NCBI GenBank assembly: GCA_002104945.1
Contig: MCFH01000010.1
Location: 744,001-808,000, forward strand
Length of the DNA stretch: 64,000 nucleotides
Direction of reading: 5' to 3'
From: Piromyces finnis finn
Taxonomy: Eukaryota > Fungi > Neocallimastigomycota
The translations under genes and the position numbers were made by a program. This document shows positions 59,199 through 64,000 of the stretch, one piece after another. The notes below the pieces were generated by a model. It did no database searches. It was given only the letters and a program-made list of their open reading frames with translations, and was not told the origin of the DNA. The first letter of the stretch is position 1. Every line of letters starts with the position of its first letter.

Positions 59199-62100
59199 TT
59201 ATATTATTTTTGTATATACAAGAGTAAAGAAAAAAATTAAATATATAATTACCTTTCCAAAGTTACCACGACCCAAAACAACCATAAAGTGGAAATCGTT
59301 GATAGTAACCTCACGTTTTTTAAGAGTTGGAGGTGGTTTTCTAATTAATGTCTTATGGTGACGTTGAAGTTCAGCAACTTGGTTACGTTTCTTTTCACGT
59401 TCAGTTTTTTCAATAGCTGCTGTAAAGCTTTTAACCATATCCATTGATAAACCACACAAGTTTTGAATGTAAATTTTACAGCTATGATGGCATATCATAT
59501 TACATTCACTACACTTTAAAATACAGTTTTTACCGGTTGGTAACATTTGACCACAGTGGGAACACCATGATGTTATTATATTACTAGCCAACTTGAAACG
59601 ATGTGGTATATTGTATTTGGATACAAAAATAGTGAGTGGGTCGTTCTTTTTTTCCTCCATTTCACTATTAGTTTGTGATATACACTTTGAAGTAATTGTT
59701 GCCACACAGTGTTGATGAACAGCATAATTACATTCCGCACATTGTAAACCTGAACCACTTAAGATAAAGCCGCCACACATTGCACATTTTAATACACTTG
59801 AAGTTGATTTACCAAGTTTATGTCCAAATTGATAAATTAACATCTTGTTAGCAGCCTTACGACGTTGAATACCTGGACGGAGAGTAAGATAATTTCCATT
59901 AGCTCTCATGTATGATAATTGAATAATTAATTCACCAATTGGTTCGACTTGAAGAGCAAATGTATTATCATTTTTATTACCGCTTTCTGCATATTTCAAT
60001 TTTAAAGCTTCTTCTAAATCAGATGATTTGAACCATACTAAACCAACAATAGATTTTCTATCATTTTGGAACACAATTTCAATTTCAGCATCTTTAGTTG
60101 CCATGATATCAATCTCATTATTCCATTGGAATCCTTTGGACATTAAAATATGACTGATAGTTCTACCATTAACATGAATTATGGCAGAAAGTTCAGTATT
60201 AACATTTTGAATACATATGAATTTCATTTGTAATTTACCCTCATTTTGGGCATTTCTAATACGACCAAGAGTTTTAACTAAAGTATGGTGTTGTGGAGCT
60301 TTGGAATCTTCTTCAATTTCAACAGGATATTCTGTTAACATAATATTTAATATTTAATATATAATAATTTGTTAATATTTTATTATTTTTGTTTTATAAA
60401 AAATATTAATTTATATTATACCTGTTAAATCTTTTTCAATAGGTTGACCCTTATACATTTTTTCGTATTTTTGTTTAGCAGTTTTCAAGCATTCAATCTT
60501 TTCGTTACTTTCCTTCAAACGCATTTGAGCTTCATTGTATTGTGTTGAGTTTTTAGGAACACCAGACATACTAATAACATCAATGGCTTTTTCAGAACCA
60601 ATTTTATATTTATTTTCAATTTCTAATTTTGTTTGGATTTTTTTAATTCTATGTTCTACCGCCTTATCATCTAAATCTGTTGGAGCTGTAATAAAATCTA
60701 ATGCATTCAAATTTGTAGAACTAACACTTCTTGCTGGTATTTCTGGTTGAGTACTGGAAATAGCAACAGGTGCTGGTGATCTTGGTGGGATTTTTGGATT
60801 CATTTGATCAGTACTTTTAGATGGTGGTGGGATTTTAACTCTTGGTGGGATATATATACCAGATGCGTTAGCATTTGGTGATACGGATTGTCTGGGTGAA
60901 TTAACAGCTGAAACTTTTGGTGACTTTAAATTAGGTGAAGAACCTTGTACATTAAGATTTGGTGATTTTAAATTTGGTGAAGAACCATTAACACTAAGGT
61001 TTGGCGAATGAACTTTTGGAGAAATGATTTTTGGAGAAAGACCACTAGGAGAATGAATACTTGGTGAGTTTGGTGTATGACCAGTGTCACTTCTTATAGA
61101 TAATTGCTCAAGCTTGTTATTAGAGTTATTTGCGGATGTTGTTTTCTTTGGTGTATATTCTTTTTCACTTTCTTCATCTTCTTTATCATCAGCACCATAT
61201 ATATCAAGATAAAGTTCAAGATTGTCATCTTGTTCTGAACCGCCATCATCTGAGTATATTGACTCATGCTTCTTCTTTTTACTTTCTTTGGATTGAGTTA
61301 CTTTTTTATCATTATAATCATTATAATCATCGTCATATTTCTTGCGATCATCATAATCATCGTCATATTTCTTGCGATCATCATAATCATCATCATATTT
61401 CTTGCGATCATCATAATCATCATCATATTTCTTGCGGTCATCATAAGCATCATCATATTTCTTGCGATCATCATAATCATCATCATATTTCTTACGATCA
61501 TCATAATCATCATCATATTTCTTGTTGTCATCATGATAACTATTATCATAATTTGTCTTTGCTGGTGAAGTTACAGTTGATTGAATTTGGGATTGATGCT
61601 GAGGTGATTGATATGACGTTGGTGCTTGTGACTGTGTTTGAGATACATTAGTACGTGATTGATGAACTCCAGATGCAGCTGAACGAGTTGGAATAACTGG
61701 TGGTTGAGAAGCTTGAGTACGTGGACCATATGATGGAGCCGAGGTTGGAGCCGGTGTACTATAATTAGCATTCTGAGAAGGTTGAGAATATGTATTGGCT
61801 TGATAATTATTTGATGGAGGTGGTTGAGAATATGAGCCTTGATAGGTATTAACAGGTTGAGCATATCCTTGAGAATAATTTCCATTATTAATTGGTTGAG
61901 CATAACCTTGTGAATAATTGCCATTGTTTATTGGTTGAGCATAACCTTGAGAATAATTACCATTATTTACTGGTTGTGCATAACCTTGAGAATAATTATT
62001 ATTGTTAATTGATGTAGCATATCCTGTTGAATAATTGCTGTTTGATTGAGCTGCATAACCTTGAGAATTACCTTGATAAATAGTTGCTCTATTTTGTGGT

Positions 62101-62277
62101 GATCCTTGATAACCTTGTGGTCTATAATTTGGTTGACTATATCCTGTTTGTGGAAGAGGTGGAGGTTGACGATGAACTGGCTGTATAGATGCTTATATAA
62201 TAATATTATAATTCCAAATGAATATAATTTATTAGCTTTGCTTTTATTAACTTTTAAAATATTAAAAACAGTGAAAT

Positions 62278-62349
<72 letters not shown>

Positions 62350-63050
62350 TTTTATACAACAATTTCATTATTAAAAATAGTTATATATTTTAATAGATAT
62401 ACACGGAAAATTGATAATGTTCAAATGACTCTAAAAATCAACGATATTTAAAACTAATAATATATAAACATACCTCTCACTTGATTATTCTGTGAATATA
62501 CAGGAACTGATTGTTGTCTCGGTGGAGCACCCATTTGACTCTGATTACTTGCAAATGTTCTTGGTGAAGTTGGGGCTACACTACCAACACGAGATTTTGA
62601 ACGAGGTGGTGCACCCATTTGCTGTTGTGGCTGAAGTCTATTATTATATTGAGGTTGTTGTTGATATTGAGGTTGTTGATATTGAGGTTGCTGATATTGT
62701 GGTTGTTGTTGATATCCATTTCTTTGATTTTGCAATTGCTGAATTTGATTTTCTAGGTTTCTAATTCTTTTATCTTGTTCAACAATTTCAGGTCCATAAT
62801 CATAACCTGGAGCACCTTGTGTATTTCTTCTTAAGTTAAGTAAATCATTTTTAATTTGGTTTTCATATGCAATTGAATCTTGCAATGTTTTTATTTTTTG
62901 GTCAATCTTTATAAATTATTCATAAAACAAAACAAAACAAAAAAAATAAATAAATAAATAAAATAAAATAAAAGATTAATTTTGATATGTATATAATAAA
63001 CACAAATTTAGTATTATTATTACCTCATATGCAGATTGATTTGAATACAT
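57883..63050 (-). CDS. PKC1: Fungal Pkc1-type protein kinase C (HR1, long insertion, HR1, C2-like, C1A, C1B, kinase), 7 exons
   Basis: Exons yield two HR1-like coiled-coil hairpins, pseudosubstrate RRKAA, two C1 zinc fingers (H..C..C..C..C..H..C) and kinase motifs [46 protein letters not shown], then turn motif LTP. ATG at 63050 (27-nt first exon), TAA at 57883-57885. Confidence 0.93.
61321..61530 (-). repeat. Coding 30-bp minisatellite, 7 units, encoding (DD[R/N]KKYDDDY)n inside PKC
   Basis: Unit TCATAATCATCATCATATTTCTTGCGATCA (+ strand) repeated 7 times with few substitutions, in frame within PKC exon 3. Confidence 0.93.
61855..62049 (-). repeat. Coding 39-bp repeat encoding ([12 protein letters not shown][IV])n inside PKC
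   Basis: Four well-conserved 39-bp units plus one degenerate unit, in frame within PKC exon 3. Confidence 0.9.
62279..62352. repeat. Intronic (TTTA)n microsatellite in PKC intron 2
   Basis: About 18 TTTA units seen directly. Confidence 0.9.
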
Positions 63051-64000
63051 TCTTTAAATTTAAATAAATAAATAATTACTTTAATAAAAAAAAATAGATA
63101 AATATTGTGTTAATATATTATAATGTCAATTGAAATTCTTTTTATAATAATTAAAATTAAATTAATATTTTTTATTTTTTATTATAAAATATCTTATAAT
63201 AATAATTCATTATAAAAAGTATAAAGTTAAGCACTATACTATTTAATTTTAATTATTTTATTAAAATATTTGAAAAATTATATTTGTTTTTATTAATTAT
63301 ATAAAAAAACCCGAGAAAAAAACAATATAAATTTTAAATTAATTGTAATATATATTATTTACTTTCTATTATTCTATAAAGTAATTTATTGCTATATTAG
63401 ACTTTATTATTATCTATTCCTTTACTGTTTTATGTTATTTGTTCCTTTTTATATATATGGATAGATTATTATCAAATATATTTCTTTCAAATAAATTCTC
63501 TTATTGAAATAATTAAAGTATAATAAATAATTATTTTATAATAATCCTTTTAATGTTTTAGAATTCTTATATTTGATAATACTATATTATTTGGTTAAAT
63601 ATATATAAAAAGGATGTTATCTTTTATTTGTATAAAAAAGATAATGAAAAAAAGTGTTAAAAGAATATAATATAAAAATAAAAAATATCAAATATTCTTA
63701 TAATATTATTAAATTTTAATAAGGTTTATTAAATTTTTGAAAGTAGATTCTATTATCATTTATAGTTCAAAGATTTAATTTTTGTAATTATTAAGATTTA
63801 TTAAATTTTTTTGAAATAAGTATTTTTAATACTTTTTTTTTTAATGGAAAATACAACTATTTAATATAATATATGATATAATTAAATAATTTATAGTATA
63901 ATATTATTTGTATTACATTGTAATATTAAAAATTTTATTTAATAATAAATAATTATTATATGTTTAAATAAAATAATATTTATTTTTTAATATTTATATT

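Noticed and set aside
61321-61530. 30-bp direct repeats as a possible CRISPR array
   Set aside because: The units are contiguous with no unique spacers, lie in frame in a eukaryotic exon, and no cas genes are present.
61130-61651. + strand His/Cys-rich ORF ([10 protein letters not shown] repeats) resembling a metal-binding peptide, plus ORFs 61266-61568 and 61298-61549
   Set aside because: These are antisense or alternative-frame readings of the 30-bp coding repeat inside PKC exon 3. A stop-free repeat unit opens several frames automatically.

Overview
Extremely AT-rich, intron-dense eukaryotic DNA. Composition, short GT-AG introns and gene content (CYFIP/WAVE subunit, intronless ankyrin gene) point to an anaerobic gut fungus (Neocallimastigomycota); this assignment is an inference. 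I reconstruct 15 complete protein-coding genes plus the 3' tail of one upstream gene: ISWI remodeler (+), RRP4 (-), an Atg44/mitofissin-like microprotein (+, absent from the ORF track), an RBMS/MSSP-type 2xRRM protein with a long N-terminus (-), NOP4/RBM28 (-), an intronless ankyrin-repeat gene (-), a signal peptide-LRR-TM-SH3 receptor-like gene (+), a Naa50-like GNAT lacking the catalytic residues (+), CYFIP/Sra1 (-), ADE1 (+), TRF4/PAPD5 (-), DPM3 (+, absent from the ORF track), two tandem stand-alone CBM48 genes (+) and a Pkc1-type kinase with a very long repeat-rich insertion (-). Gene-poor spacers (about 21.3-28.3 kb and 47.7-57.9 kb) hold long microsatellites, hairpins, possible decayed coding relics and an unexplained GC-elevated island at about 48.4-48.9 kb. 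I recognised no tRNA, rRNA, CRISPR array or intact transposon. The best leads are the mitofissin homolog in a presumed hydrogenosome-bearing lineage, the pseudo-enzyme Naa50, the LRR-TM-SH3 receptor, the CBM48 pair and the PKC insertion. All family calls come from manual translation and recalled family motifs; no database searches were run.
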